Assembly: GCA_051652765.1 (NCBI GenBank) | Contig: JBOFUV010000034.1 | Location: 156,080 to 220,079, forward strand | Reading direction: 5' to 3' | Origin: Microcoleaceae cyanobacterium | GTDB lineage: Bacteria; Cyanobacteriota; Cyanobacteriia; Cyanobacteriales; Microcoleaceae | DNA: 64,000 bases | Shown: piece by piece, positions 39,653-49,688 of the stretch | Numbering within the stretch: position 1 is the first letter of the stretch | How the letters are laid out: every line of letters starts with the position of its first letter | Position numbers and translations under genes: made by a program | The notes under the pieces: generated by a model | Seen by the model: only the letters and a program-made list of their open reading frames with translations | Database searches by the model: none | What the model was told of the DNA's origin: nothing

Positions 39653-40318
39653 CTACGTAAATTGTTGGCTGAGGGTTACTGGGTTGTGAACCGTAATCTT
39701 TTTCTTGTGGATTGAAATCATTTGCTTCTGGCGCAGATCTCCGAGTAAACGAGTTACGGTCACTCGGGTTGATCCAATTGCTTCTGCGATCGCCTGATGG
39801 GAAAGCTTTAAATCAATCCGAATTCCATCCGAACTCGGAATCCCAAAATCTCGACAGAGAATCAGTAGGAAACTGACAAGACGGGAGCCCATATCCCGAT
39901 GTGCTAGGGTTTCAATCATCATTTCAGTTTGCAGAATCCTGGAAGACAATCCCTGCAACATCAGCATGGAAAGTTCGGGATCATGTTTCATTGCCTTCTC
40001 TACCTGCTCAATCGGAACCGACATCAGTTCGACGGGGGTAAAAGCCACTGCATGATAAAACCGATCTGATTTGTGTCCTGTAACGAGGGATAACACTCCA
40101 AATACACTGTTCTCCCGTAACAGGGCAACTGTGATCTCTTCACCTGCTTCGTACACTCGAGACAGCTTAACAGCTCCCTTGACCAAGACATAGACTCGCT
40201 CTGCCGGGTCTCCCGGAAAAAAGATGGTCTTGCCCCGTTCAAAAGTCTCTACTACAGGAGGATAAGCTCCGCCCCCAATCTGACGAAATACTGTCGCGAG
40301 GGACTTATCATACGTCAC
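39653..40318 (-). CDS. ntcA: Global nitrogen regulator NtcA (Crp family)
   Basis: [46 protein letters not shown] start at 40318 after AGGA gives 221 aa. Confidence 0.97.
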   Translation of the reverse strand: MTYDKSLATVFRQIGGGAYPPVVETFERGKTIFFPGDPAERVYVLVKGAVKLSRVYEAGEEITVALLRENSVFGVLSLVTGHKSDRFYHAVAFTPVELMSVPIEQVEKAMKHDPELSMLMLQGLSSRILQTEMMIETLAHRDMGSRLVSFLLILCRDFGIPSSDGIRIDLKLSHQAIAEAIGSTRVTVTRLLGDLRQKQMISIHKKKITVHNPVTLSQQFT

Positions 40319-40854
40319 AACTTGATTCCTTGCACTAACCAATGCTCTAACAATGGGTTTTAATCTCAAAAGGTAATAATTGCTATGATGCTGCGTAAAT
40401 CCGAGCTAAGATTTCCTCCCTCAGAGATTAGCTCATTAAGCAGAAAAGGACTGAGCTTAGTTGGAAATGTCTAAAGCTAGAACCACAAGATTTAGAATTA
40501 TCAGGCGTTCTTATATTAGCTTAATGTATCATTGTATCTGTTTTTTTGGGCAATAGACAGAACCTAGCAACTTTACTGAGTACAATTTGAGTCTGATGCA
40601 GATTGACGAATCTTATTTGCGCTTGTGGGTTGGCATTGAAACCTAACATGCTCAAGCCATTATTAGGTTTTGTGATGTGCTGCCCCGGAGCAGCAAGCCA
40701 CTACCTAATCTACAAAATTTGCCTGGATAAACCGCTAGGGATCTGATTCACTCCAAAACTTATGATTTATCTACCAACTTTTTAGTTGTTGTGGTAAGCA
40801 TTTCAAGCATCAATTTGCAGATATCATTCTGAATGAATGAATCAGTAATGAACT

Positions 40855-41631
40855 ATGTTGGATTTGACTGGAAAAACTGCGCTGGTAACTGGGATTGCAA
40901 ACAATCGCTCCATTGCCTGGGGAATTGCTCAACAGCTACATCAAGCAGGAGCAAGTTTAGGAATTACCTACCTGCCCGATGACAAAGGACGGTTTGAAAA
41001 AAAGGTTGGAGAACTGGTTGAACCCTTGAACCCTGCCCTATTTTTGCCCTGCAATGTTCAAGATGATAGCCAGATTGAGGCAACATTCGCGACAATTCAT
41101 GATCAGTGGGGCAAACTCGATATTTTGGTGCACTGCCTTGCTTTTGCAGACAAAGACTTCCTTGCCGGGGACTTTAGTGCAGTTTCTCGTCAGGGTTTCA
41201 ACCAGGCTCTAGAAATTAGTGCGTACTCCCTGGTTCAACTCAGCGCCGGGGCTAAACCGCTGATGACAGACGGTGGCAGTATTATCACCCTCACCTACCT
41301 CGGAGGAGTCCGAGTGATCCCCAACTACAATATTATGGGAGTCGCCAAGGCAGCACTGGAAATGAACGTTCGCTATTTAGCAGCAGAGATGGGGCCTTCA
41401 GGGGTTCGGGTGAATGGGATTTCTGCAGGCCCAATTCGCACCCTGGCTTCCTCGGCAGTTGGCGGCATCCTAGACATGATTCACCACGTGGAGGGGATGG
41501 CTCCCCTGCGCCGAACAGTCACTCAAACTGAAGTCGGGAATGCGGCGGCTTTCCTTTGTAGTGATTTAGCAAGTGGAATTACCGGTCAGATTCTCTATGT
41601 TGATTCTGGGTATTCAATCATGGGAATGTAA
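40855..41631 (+). CDS. fabI: Enoyl-ACP reductase
   Basis: GIANNRSIAWGIA, YNIMGVAKAALE, AGPIRTLA. Confidence 0.96.
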   Translation: MLDLTGKTALVTGIANNRSIAWGIAQQLHQAGASLGITYLPDDKGRFEKKVGELVEPLNPALFLPCNVQDDSQIEATFATIHDQWGKLDILVHCLAFADKDFLAGDFSAVSRQGFNQALEISAYSLVQLSAGAKPLMTDGGSIITLTYLGGVRVIPNYNIMGVAKAALEMNVRYLAAEMGPSGVRVNGISAGPIRTLASSAVGGILDMIHHVEGMAPLRRTVTQTEVGNAAAFLCSDLASGITGQILYVDSGYSIMGM

Positions 41632-41754
41632 TCTGAACCTGAAGTGTACGTCGATGTGCTAGAAAGAAGCGAGGAGAGGGCATTGCTTGGCCAGTTCCCT
41701 TTCTAGCATTCTTCTATTTCAACACCTTCTCTATTTAAATTTAATTTAAATCTC

Positions 41755-42366
41755 ATGAGCCGCAATACTACTACTGGTCGAGAAGCGCAAGGACTGCTGC
41801 AAGAAGTCAAATCCCAAGTGCTAATTCTGGGTGGCTTAGTTGCCCTGATGTGGGCCACTGAAATCATTGATTTCTTTCTGGGAGGCGCATTAAATCGTTT
41901 TGGCATTATCCCCAGAACTGTCGTCGGACTGCGCGGGATTCTGTTTGCGCCGTTCCTACATGGTAATTTTGCTCATTTGATTGCCAATACCGTTCCGTTT
42001 GTTACCCTGGGCTGGTTAGTCATGTTGCGGCGCACTAGCGATTTTCTCTGGGTTTCAGCAATCTCAATGGTGGTAGGAGGCTTGGGAACCTGGTTATTTG
42101 CGCCTCGCTTTTCAGTTCATATTGGGGCGAGCGGCGTGATCTTTGGCTATTTGGGTTACCTGCTAGCTCGGGGTTACTTCGAGCGGAAGCTTGGCTCCAT
42201 GCTATTTTCAATCGTGGTAGCAATTCTGTACGGTGGCCTGCTGTGGGGAATATTGCCCCTCCAATATGGGGTATCCTGGCAGGGACATCTGTTTGGGTTG
42301 ATTGGGGGCATCGTAGCAGCCAAGTTCCTAACGGCTGAAAAATCCTCAACCCAGAGGAATTTGTGA
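41755..42366 (+). CDS. Rhomboid-family intramembrane serine protease
   Basis: PFLHG..HL..N, IGASG (catalytic Ser), SWQGHLFG. Confidence 0.9.
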   Translation: MSRNTTTGREAQGLLQEVKSQVLILGGLVALMWATEIIDFFLGGALNRFGIIPRTVVGLRGILFAPFLHGNFAHLIANTVPFVTLGWLVMLRRTSDFLWVSAISMVVGGLGTWLFAPRFSVHIGASGVIFGYLGYLLARGYFERKLGSMLFSIVVAILYGGLLWGILPLQYGVSWQGHLFGLIGGIVAAKFLTAEKSSTQRNL

Positions 42367-42369
42367 ATA

Positions 42370-42544
42370 CTTTGAGCTAATGACTTTGAACTAATAACCT
42401 TAAACTAATAACCTTGAACGGTCGATCCTCCCCTGACAAAGGGGAGGAAGAGAAAGATTGCCTCAAGTGATACCAGAAATTTAGGATCAGAAACTTAGAA
42501 CCAGAAATTTAGAACCGCAAGCTGGGATCAGAAAACTGGGATCA
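42370..42544. repeat. Two degenerate ~14-bp tandem repeat tracts flanking a hairpin between convergent genes
   Basis: CTTGAACTAATAAC-like x4 (42370-42419); CCAGAAATTTAGAA-like x5 (42473-42544); CTCCCCT/GGGGAG hairpin between them. Confidence 0.65.
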
Positions 42545-43843
42545 CAAGGTAAGAGATTGGGGATTAGTCTCAATCAAGGTGGCCAAATCCTGTAAGAACC
42601 CTGCAGCATCGGCCCCATAAATCACCCGGTGATCGCAGGTAATATTAACTTGCATTTGCTGCCTGATACCCAACAATCCATCTGCCGTTGCGACCACTTG
42701 AGGGCGAGCGGCCCCAATCGCCAAAATAGATCCCTGACCCGGAGGTAAAATCGCATCAAATCGATCAACTCCAAACATCCCCAGATTCGACAGGGTAAAG
42801 GTTCCCGTGGTGTATTCATCAGGTTGTAGCTGCTTGGCTCGCGATCGCTCCACCAAATCTTTCCAAGTGCGAGATAGGGAATACAGATCCATTTGATCCG
42901 CATTTCTCAACACCGGGGTAATTAATCCGCCATCTGGCATTGCCACAGCCACGGCAATGTTAATCCCTGTCGAGTAGCGAATCCCAGACTCAACATAGCT
43001 CGCATTGACAACGGGGTGTTTTTGTAAGGTGACTGCAACCGCTTTGGCTAAGAGCACCGTCATAGTCACGCCTTTGGATTTTACCTGTTTGTAGAGCTGA
43101 TCCAGGTTGTTTGTCGTAATGGTATAGCCCACGTGAAAGGTTGGCACTTGCAAGCTAGCCATCATATTCCGAACCACTGCATTTTGCAGGGTGTTCATTG
43201 GCACAACCTGGCCCGGAGTTACCGAAACAGCCACAGGTTGAGGCACAGCCGACTGAACACTGGGCTGAACCGCAGCAGGTTGAGGAATGGGCTGGCTGGC
43301 AGGAGCTTGAATTGCAGGAGGTTGAGGGACAGGGACTTTACCAATGGCTCGTTCCACGTCTTCGGCCACAATCCGACCACGGGGGCCACTGCCCTGCAAC
43401 ATATTCAAATCAACCTTGAGTTCTTTGGCTAACTTTCGGGCCCTAGGAGAGGCCACAATCCGACCATTGCGCTGACTAGAGGGCTGAACAGTTACAGGAG
43501 GTGCGCTGGAAGCTGAGGCTTCAGTTGGTGCAGCAACAGGTGCGGAGCTGGAGGAAGTTACGGTTGAACTGGCGGCTTTTTGTTGGGCTTGCTCAATTTC
43601 AGCTTCTGTTTCAGCAATTAAGGCCAGGGTGTTACCAACTGCCGCAGCCTCTCCGGCTGGAACCAGAATAGTGGCAAGATATCCTTCGTAGAAGGACTCT
43701 ACGTCCATGTCTGCTTTGTCAGATTCGACAATTAGAACCGTTTCCCCTTTTTCAACTTTGTCGCCAGGAGCTTTTTGCCATGACACAATCTTTCCTTCGG
43801 TCATCGTGGAACTGAGAGCAGGCATGAACACTTCGTGAATCAT
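42542..43843 (-). CDS. pdhC: Pyruvate dehydrogenase E2, dihydrolipoamide acetyltransferase
   Basis: MPALSSTMTEG, ESDKADMDVE lipoyl site, ASPRARKLA, TCDHRVIYGA. Confidence 0.94.
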   Translation of the reverse strand: MIHEVFMPALSSTMTEGKIVSWQKAPGDKVEKGETVLIVESDKADMDVESFYEGYLATILVPAGEAAAVGNTLALIAETEAEIEQAQQKAASSTVTSSSSAPVAAPTEASASSAPPVTVQPSSQRNGRIVASPRARKLAKELKVDLNMLQGSGPRGRIVAEDVERAIGKVPVPQPPAIQAPASQPIPQPAAVQPSVQSAVPQPVAVSVTPGQVVPMNTLQNAVVRNMMASLQVPTFHVGYTITTNNLDQLYKQVKSKGVTMTVLLAKAVAVTLQKHPVVNASYVESGIRYSTGINIAVAVAMPDGGLITPVLRNADQMDLYSLSRTWKDLVERSRAKQLQPDEYTTGTFTLSNLGMFGVDRFDAILPPGQGSILAIGAARPQVVATADGLLGIRQQMQVNITCDHRVIYGADAAGFLQDLATLIETNPQSLTL

Positions 43844-43954
43844 AGGTGCAAATTTTGACTATTGCTAGGAGCTAAACCATCTCAATGTTCAGACTTCAGA
43901 GATGAAGATCAACATTCATTAAGCCAATCTTAAAGCATAAGTTAAAAAGAGTCT

Positions 43955-44404
43955 CTAGAGATCACCCCGCACTTCTTCAATAATGCCATCTCGCAGGACA
44001 ATTTCCACCTGCATTTTCCGAATCAAATTATCCCCTTTTACCACGCTAAAAAAGCCCTCAATTTGCCCCTGATTGACTTCCTGTTCCGGCTCAAAAGTCT
44101 GAACTTGCTGAAGCTGCTGTAAATTTTGATTTTTCTGTTCTAACAACTTACTTTTTTGCTCATTCACCTGGATTTGAATATTATCAATTTGTTGCAAAAT
44201 CTCCTGACTCGGCGGTTGTATGCTTTGTCGTTTGATATCTGCAATCATTCGCTGTCCTTGCATTTCTAACTGTTGTAACTGACTATCAATTTGATTGATT
44301 TGATTTTGGAGTTGCAATTGGAATTCTTCTTTAAAGCGTGGGGTAACAATTGCCTTGACAGCAATCACTCGTTTGAGTAAGAGTTCAGTCTTGGAAATAT
44401 CCAT
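43955..44404 (-). CDS. YlqD-family protein
   Basis: VKAIVTP, Q-rich coiled coil, GQIEGFF.V..GDNL..KM.VEI..RDG. Confidence 0.85.
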   Translation of the reverse strand: MDISKTELLLKRVIAVKAIVTPRFKEEFQLQLQNQINQIDSQLQQLEMQGQRMIADIKRQSIQPPSQEILQQIDNIQIQVNEQKSKLLEQKNQNLQQLQQVQTFEPEQEVNQGQIEGFFSVVKGDNLIRKMQVEIVLRDGIIEEVRGDL

Positions 44405-44439
44405 GAATATCTGCCTGTCAGTGGTCAGTTAGAGAAACG

Positions 44440-46425
44440 TTATCGATACATTTCGTTGATCATATCGCGGTAGCGTTCCGTTACAACAGGGCGCTTAATT
44501 TTCAGGGTTTGAGTGAGTAATCCATTGTCCATCGAGAAGGGTTCTAAAACTAATTTGAAGCAGCCAATCCGATCATCCGGACGATAACTAGGGCGATTTT
44601 TCACCTCTCGGGTCAACTCTTGACGAAACAGTTCCTGAACGGCTGGGCTGTCTAACCCGGTCGCATCCGTCTGAAGTTCTGAAGTCTGAAGTTCTGATGG
44701 GTCTGGCCATTGAATAGAAAGATTTTGTTCAATGGCCCACTGCTTTAAGGTCTCTAGATTGGGCACAATTAACGCCCCCAACATTTTCTGATCCTGGCCC
44801 ACAAGGACAATCTGGTCAATATAAAGGCTACGCATACAAGCGTCTTCAATCGGCTGAGGTTCAATATTTTCTCCATTGGTCAGGACGATTGTATCCTTGG
44901 CCCGACCTGTCAGAATCAGATCGTTTTGCGGCGTGAGGCAACCCAGATCCCCCGTGTCAAACCACCCTTCTGGATTAATCGCCTTAGCCGTTGCTTCAGG
45001 ATTGGCGAAATAGCCTTCCATCACCTGAGGCCCCCGCGCCAATACCAACCCCTTTTCCCCGATGGGTAAGGGCTGGCGAGTTTCTGGATCAACGATCCGG
45101 AGTTCGGTTTGGGGAATCGGTCGTCCAGCCGATCCTCGGAGGTTGCTGTGACTACGGCGGGCGGTGAGTACAGGGGCGGTTTCGGTCAAGCCGTAGCCAA
45201 CCAAGAGCTCAATCCCAACGGTTTCATAAAAGTTCTCAAGGTGCGTTGCTAGAGACCCGCCGCCACTAATGGCCGATTTTAATTGCCCGCCAACGGCCTC
45301 TCGCACGTTTTGATAAATTAATCGATCGCCTAAGGCATGAACTGGAGACAACAATAGAGCTTGAAGCCGAGCGATCGCCTGTTGAGTTGCAGACGGTGGG
45401 GGGGAATCCAGGGTCAGACCCTGAGCAATTCGACGAGCTAGAACGTAGCGTTCGCTGGTGGTAAAGAAAAACCGCACCAACTTTTGACGATTACTAGGCT
45501 GCTCGCGCAACTGTTTTTGTGCCCCTTCATAGATGGATTCCCAAATTCGAGGCACACTGGTCATGTAGTGGGGCTTGAACTGTTTCAAGTCCTGCTTGAA
45601 GTGGCGAATGCTGGTATAAACTTGGACACACCCCTGGGAGAGGGAAAAATATTGGCCAATTCGTCCAAAACTATGCCAGGTCGGCAAAATACTGAGATAA
45701 CATTCCCCCACTTGAGGCTGAAGAACATCGATAATGGCATTGACTTGATGCAGCAAGTTCCCATGGGTGAGCATCACGCCCTTCGGCTGTCCGGTTGTTC
45801 CTGAGGTGTAGAGTAGAGTAGCCAGACGGTTCAAGTCATTAGACTCTAAACCGCTTGAGGATGAATCCCTTGAAGATGAATTCAAAGGGGAATTCTCCCC
45901 CTTGGTCAGCAGTTGAGCAAAGTTGAAGACGGGAAACGGCAAATCAATATCGGTTGGTTCCTCATCAGAGAGCAACACCACAAACTTTAGAGGCAAATCT
46001 ACCAGATTTCCTTGCAAGGTCTTCAGCAGTTTCAAGGTTTCTACGACCAACCCAATACTGCCGCTATTGTTCAGAATATAAATCAGTTCTGCTGGATCAG
46101 CCATTGCCCCCCGAACCGCATCTGCTGCTCCAGCCAACATAATCCCTTGATCCGCAACTAACCAGCGCGGGCTATCATCGGCAAACAGCGCCACGCGACT
46201 GGGTAGAGCGCCACCCTCGGGTTCAATTCCCAGGGTTTGTAACCCAGCCGCAAAGGTTTGGACTTGGCTCCAAAATTCCCCAAACGTAATCTTGATCTCG
46301 GGGCGACTATGGGGATCATGAAGGGCTAACTGTTCCCCAATGGCTTCAGCAAGAATCGGCCAAATATCAGGTAGCGATCGCAGGGATTGGTAGCGCGAAC
46401 TTAGGGAATTGGAGGAGTAGTTCAT
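44440..46425 (-). CDS. aas: Acyl-ACP synthetase / long-chain fatty acid ligase
   Basis: YTSGTTGQPKG, GYGLTET, WFDTGD, GRAKDTIVLTNGENIEP. Confidence 0.88.
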   Translation of the reverse strand: MNYSSNSLSSRYQSLRSLPDIWPILAEAIGEQLALHDPHSRPEIKITFGEFWSQVQTFAAGLQTLGIEPEGGALPSRVALFADDSPRWLVADQGIMLAGAADAVRGAMADPAELIYILNNSGSIGLVVETLKLLKTLQGNLVDLPLKFVVLLSDEEPTDIDLPFPVFNFAQLLTKGENSPLNSSSRDSSSSGLESNDLNRLATLLYTSGTTGQPKGVMLTHGNLLHQVNAIIDVLQPQVGECYLSILPTWHSFGRIGQYFSLSQGCVQVYTSIRHFKQDLKQFKPHYMTSVPRIWESIYEGAQKQLREQPSNRQKLVRFFFTTSERYVLARRIAQGLTLDSPPPSATQQAIARLQALLLSPVHALGDRLIYQNVREAVGGQLKSAISGGGSLATHLENFYETVGIELLVGYGLTETAPVLTARRSHSNLRGSAGRPIPQTELRIVDPETRQPLPIGEKGLVLARGPQVMEGYFANPEATAKAINPEGWFDTGDLGCLTPQNDLILTGRAKDTIVLTNGENIEPQPIEDACMRSLYIDQIVLVGQDQKMLGALIVPNLETLKQWAIEQNLSIQWPDPSELQTSELQTDATGLDSPAVQELFRQELTREVKNRPSYRPDDRIGCFKLVLEPFSMDNGLLTQTLKIKRPVVTERYRDMINEMYR

Positions 46426-46812
46426 AAACCAAATTCATAGACCAACAGCTAAAAAACTCGTGATCAAGCTTATCCCAAATCTTCATCACCATCTTAGCCT
46501 CTCTCGGAACCTTGGATGATAACTGTGGACACCAAGAGTTGGAAACAATCACTGGGAATCCACTGCTAGCAGTCCCCTCCAGAGGCGCATCCAATAGCTG
46601 CCCTGACGCAAACAAGCGGCAACAGAAAATCTTGGATTAATTTTGGATTAACCCTTGTGGAACCCTGGATCAAAATTTAAATTACAAAAAAAATTACAAA
46701 AATATAAACTATTAAGGTAGATAAAGTTTATAAACCGGACTACTATAGTTAAGCGTCGATTCTTCGCAATCGAGTACAATTTGCAATTGATAAGGTATAG
46801 AGCGGAGAGGGA

Positions 46813-48009
46813 GTGCAAATGCCAGCAAATCAAGTCACCTCAATCAAGCTAGAGAAGCTGAAAGAAGAGAATTTCAGCGAACCTGTTCCCGTTGAGGCTT
46901 ATGCCGATCGGTTGATGGACGACCTGTTTCAAGATGTGGAACGGGTTTTGGAGGGAGGCACCAAGCTCCCAGATAATTCAGTTCCCCCTGAATTTATTGC
47001 TCTCAAGCCGATTAAGGTTCCTCAAATTGTCCTGCCACCCCTCGTTCTTCCAAAGCCAAAAATCAAGGAGGACGAGGCGACACTGCGGGATGCGAAAGCT
47101 GAAGATTCTAGCCAAACACTAATTGATCGCTTGTTGTTGGGAGCGGCCTTCACGTCCCTGCTGGTTACTCTCTCTCTCTGGCTCGCAACACGGGGCGGAT
47201 TTGGACGGCTCTTTGCTCCTACCCCTGTTGCCCAACCTGCTGAAACAGCTTTGGGGGCAAAGGCCCAAGCTGACAGTAAGTTTGCCAATTATATCGAGCG
47301 ATCGCTGAGTATGATCCAGCAGCCCCAAGCAGGCGGCCCAGTTGCCTTACCAATGTTTCCTGGGCCACCTCCAGTGAACAACCTTCCCACTCTGCCTGTT
47401 CCTAGCACTCCGTTAGGTTCGGATACTAATACTCTGATTGCGGCCATTAATCGGGTTGCCGATGCTGTTCAAGAAGCCTCAAATCAAACAGCAGCCCTTT
47501 CGAACCAGGTCTTGAGAACGTTGCAACAACAGGTACAACAACCTCAAGTCAAAGCTCCAACGCCGGGAGGGCAGACTTCTGGAACAAGTGTAGCACCCAC
47601 AGCATCCGCCCAACCCGACAAACCAGCAACGACTCCGACCAGTCAAACAACAACCGAAGCCAGATCAGGGGCTGAATCGGCTAACGCTGACCCGGCTCCT
47701 GATAGTGCAGTGATCCCCTCCGGTTCGGCAGCTCCTTCAGCCTCATCTGAGGCTGCTCCAGAGGTTGCTGCAAATTCTTCTGCACCTGCAAGTTCCTCCC
47801 CGGCTGAAACCTTGCATACCTTGGTTGGGGTGTTAGAACTTGGCGATCGCTCTGCGGCTTTGTTTGAAGTCAACGGCGTTGCCCGTCGGATTTATGTGGG
47901 TGAAAGCGTTGCAGCCAGCGGATGGACACTCGTTGAGGTTGCCAATCAAGAAGCGGTCATTCGTCGCAATGGTGAGGTTCGGACGATTTTTGTTGGGCAA
48001 CAGTTCTAG
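46813..48009 (+). CDS. Membrane-anchored Pro-rich protein with C-terminal GspC/PilP-like beta domain
   Basis: Single TM, low-complexity linker, C-terminal HTLVGVLELGDRSAALFE..GWTL..RRNGE; start may be 46819. Confidence 0.7.
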   Translation: MQMPANQVTSIKLEKLKEENFSEPVPVEAYADRLMDDLFQDVERVLEGGTKLPDNSVPPEFIALKPIKVPQIVLPPLVLPKPKIKEDEATLRDAKAEDSSQTLIDRLLLGAAFTSLLVTLSLWLATRGGFGRLFAPTPVAQPAETALGAKAQADSKFANYIERSLSMIQQPQAGGPVALPMFPGPPPVNNLPTLPVPSTPLGSDTNTLIAAINRVADAVQEASNQTAALSNQVLRTLQQQVQQPQVKAPTPGGQTSGTSVAPTASAQPDKPATTPTSQTTTEARSGAESANADPAPDSAVIPSGSAAPSASSEAAPEVAANSSAPASSSPAETLHTLVGVLELGDRSAALFEVNGVARRIYVGESVAASGWTLVEVANQEAVIRRNGEVRTIFVGQQF

Positions 48010-48070
48010 TCATGTGAATTGAGTCAGTGTGAATTGAGTCAGTGTGAATTGGAGTAGGATGTAGACTAGG

Positions 48071-48658
48071 ATGGGTTTATTTGATGACTTCAGCCGATTC
48101 CTTGAGCAGCGCCTTGATGATTTTCTCAAGGCCCATCCCCATCTTGAGCTGCAGGCCCTTGAGGAACAGTTGCGGGAACAGGAGGAAGGAACGCTGCGCT
48201 TGATTGCCGATCTCCAACGTCAAGAGCAGAGCTTGCAGGATGAGATTTTAAAGATTGCTAAGGATATTCAACGGTGGCACGAGCGCGCTAGCAAATCCAA
48301 AGCCGCAAACCGTATCGATCTCGCCCAAGCTGCCGAAGAACGAGAAGCAGAACTCCTCCGTCAAGGCAATCAATGTTGGGGGCAAATGCAAGGGATAAAG
48401 CAGCGGATTGAAAGTTCTAAAGAGCTTTATCGCCAAGTTCAACAACGCCGCAAGGAAGTTCAGACAAAAATTGCAGAAGTTCAGGCGAGCCGTTCCCAGG
48501 CCCAGGCAAATCAACCGCAAAGTGGAGAGACCCAGGCTTGGAATCGGGGGACAACCTATCGCAGTCCGGGTTCGGGGGCTGACCTTCTAGAAAAGCAATT
48601 CCAGCAATGGGAAATGGATGAAGAGCTAGAGCAGTTAAAGCAACAAATGGACAGATAA
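48071..48658 (+). CDS. TIGR04376-family (PspA-like coiled-coil) protein
   Basis: MGLFDDFSRFLEQRLDDFL..PHLEL; C-terminal FQQWEMDEELEQLK. Confidence 0.8.
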   Translation: MGLFDDFSRFLEQRLDDFLKAHPHLELQALEEQLREQEEGTLRLIADLQRQEQSLQDEILKIAKDIQRWHERASKSKAANRIDLAQAAEEREAELLRQGNQCWGQMQGIKQRIESSKELYRQVQQRRKEVQTKIAEVQASRSQAQANQPQSGETQAWNRGTTYRSPGSGADLLEKQFQQWEMDEELEQLKQQMDR

Positions 48659-48676
48659 GTAAAAATGGCCCCGCTC

Positions 48677-48704
48677 AAAAACCCCCTAGGCTCGGGGGTT
48701 AAAA
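48677..48704. terminator. Probable terminator between convergent genes
   Basis: AAAAACCCCC-TAGGCTC-GGGGGTT; the A-tract gives a U-tail on the minus strand. Confidence 0.6.
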
Positions 48705-48749
48705 GTAGATACGCTTCAAAGTCAACTTTGAAGTTTGCTCGGAAAGGGT

Positions 48750-49397
48750 TTAGAGACCCATTGCCCGTAGCGTTCTAGGGCCAGCAACGCCATCTACAGA
48801 AAGGCCATAATCCGCTTGGAATGCCATGACTGCGTGCTTAGTAATGCTGCCGTAGTAACCGGTGCTATTGGCATGAAAATAGCCATGATGAGCCAAGCGA
48901 TTCTGAAGTTTGGCAACTTGATAACCGCGAGCGCCCTTGGAGAGGTAGCCACCATGGTAGCTGCTGCTATGGCTTGCTTTTCTATAGTGGGGCTTGCTGG
49001 GATAACTTGCAGAGTGATACAGACCCATTGCTCGGGCAGTACTAGGGCCAACAATACCATCGACACAAAGCCCATAGTCAGCCTGAAATGCCTTGACTGC
49101 ATGTTTGGTGATTTTGCCGTAGTAGCCTGTTGCTCTGGCGTGGAAGTAGCCAGAGTCAGCTAGTTTGTACTGAACGGCCTTGACATCATGGCCCCGATCC
49201 CCATAGCCAAGAGCAGCTTCGGCGTTGCCAGTATTGAGAACCGCAGCTCCAACTGCAAGGGACAAAATTGGCAGCCAGCTTTTGTTTGCGAGTTTATTCC
49301 AGTTCAACCCCCGGAAGAGCACCAGAATGCCATCACAATTCGGGGTATCAGAAGCCTCATAAGCAGAGGCCAAGTGCGTATACGCTAGTGTATCCAT
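48750..49397 (-). CDS. Peptidoglycan-binding domain protein (two PG_binding_1 repeats)
   Basis: Twice G..V...Q..LA..GYF....TGYYG.IT..AV.AFQ..YGL.VDG..GP.T. Confidence 0.9.
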   Translation of the reverse strand: MDTLAYTHLASAYEASDTPNCDGILVLFRGLNWNKLANKSWLPILSLAVGAAVLNTGNAEAALGYGDRGHDVKAVQYKLADSGYFHARATGYYGKITKHAVKAFQADYGLCVDGIVGPSTARAMGLYHSASYPSKPHYRKASHSSSYHGGYLSKGARGYQVAKLQNRLAHHGYFHANSTGYYGSITKHAVMAFQADYGLSVDGVAGPRTLRAMGL

Positions 49398-49637
49398 GAA
49401 AATCCTCTGTAAAGTTCGCAAAATACAGGTATGGGGTTGAATCCTGTTGGATTGCGCCCCTATATCCTAGGTTATAACGGTCAGAGAAACAAAAGTCCAG
49501 AGATTACAGAATAAATTTCATGACTTTTGATCAAAACTGAGTAGACATTCACTCACGATCAGAGATGATTCCAGGTGAACAAAAGGGTTACTGTCACTCA
49601 GAAGCATTAATTTCGATCTCTTTTTTGAGCTCCTAAA

Positions 49638-49688
49638 TGAACTTTTAATGAACTTTTGTAGATGAACTTTTGTAGATGAACTTTTGTA
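49638..49688. repeat. 14-bp tandem repeat ATGAACTTTTGTAG duplicating the start of the kinase gene
   Basis: About 3.5 copies read directly. Confidence 0.85.

Noticed and set aside
40319..40369. N-terminal extension of NtcA from the ORF track (238 aa)
   Set aside because: GTG at 40318 with upstream AGGA gives the normal-length protein
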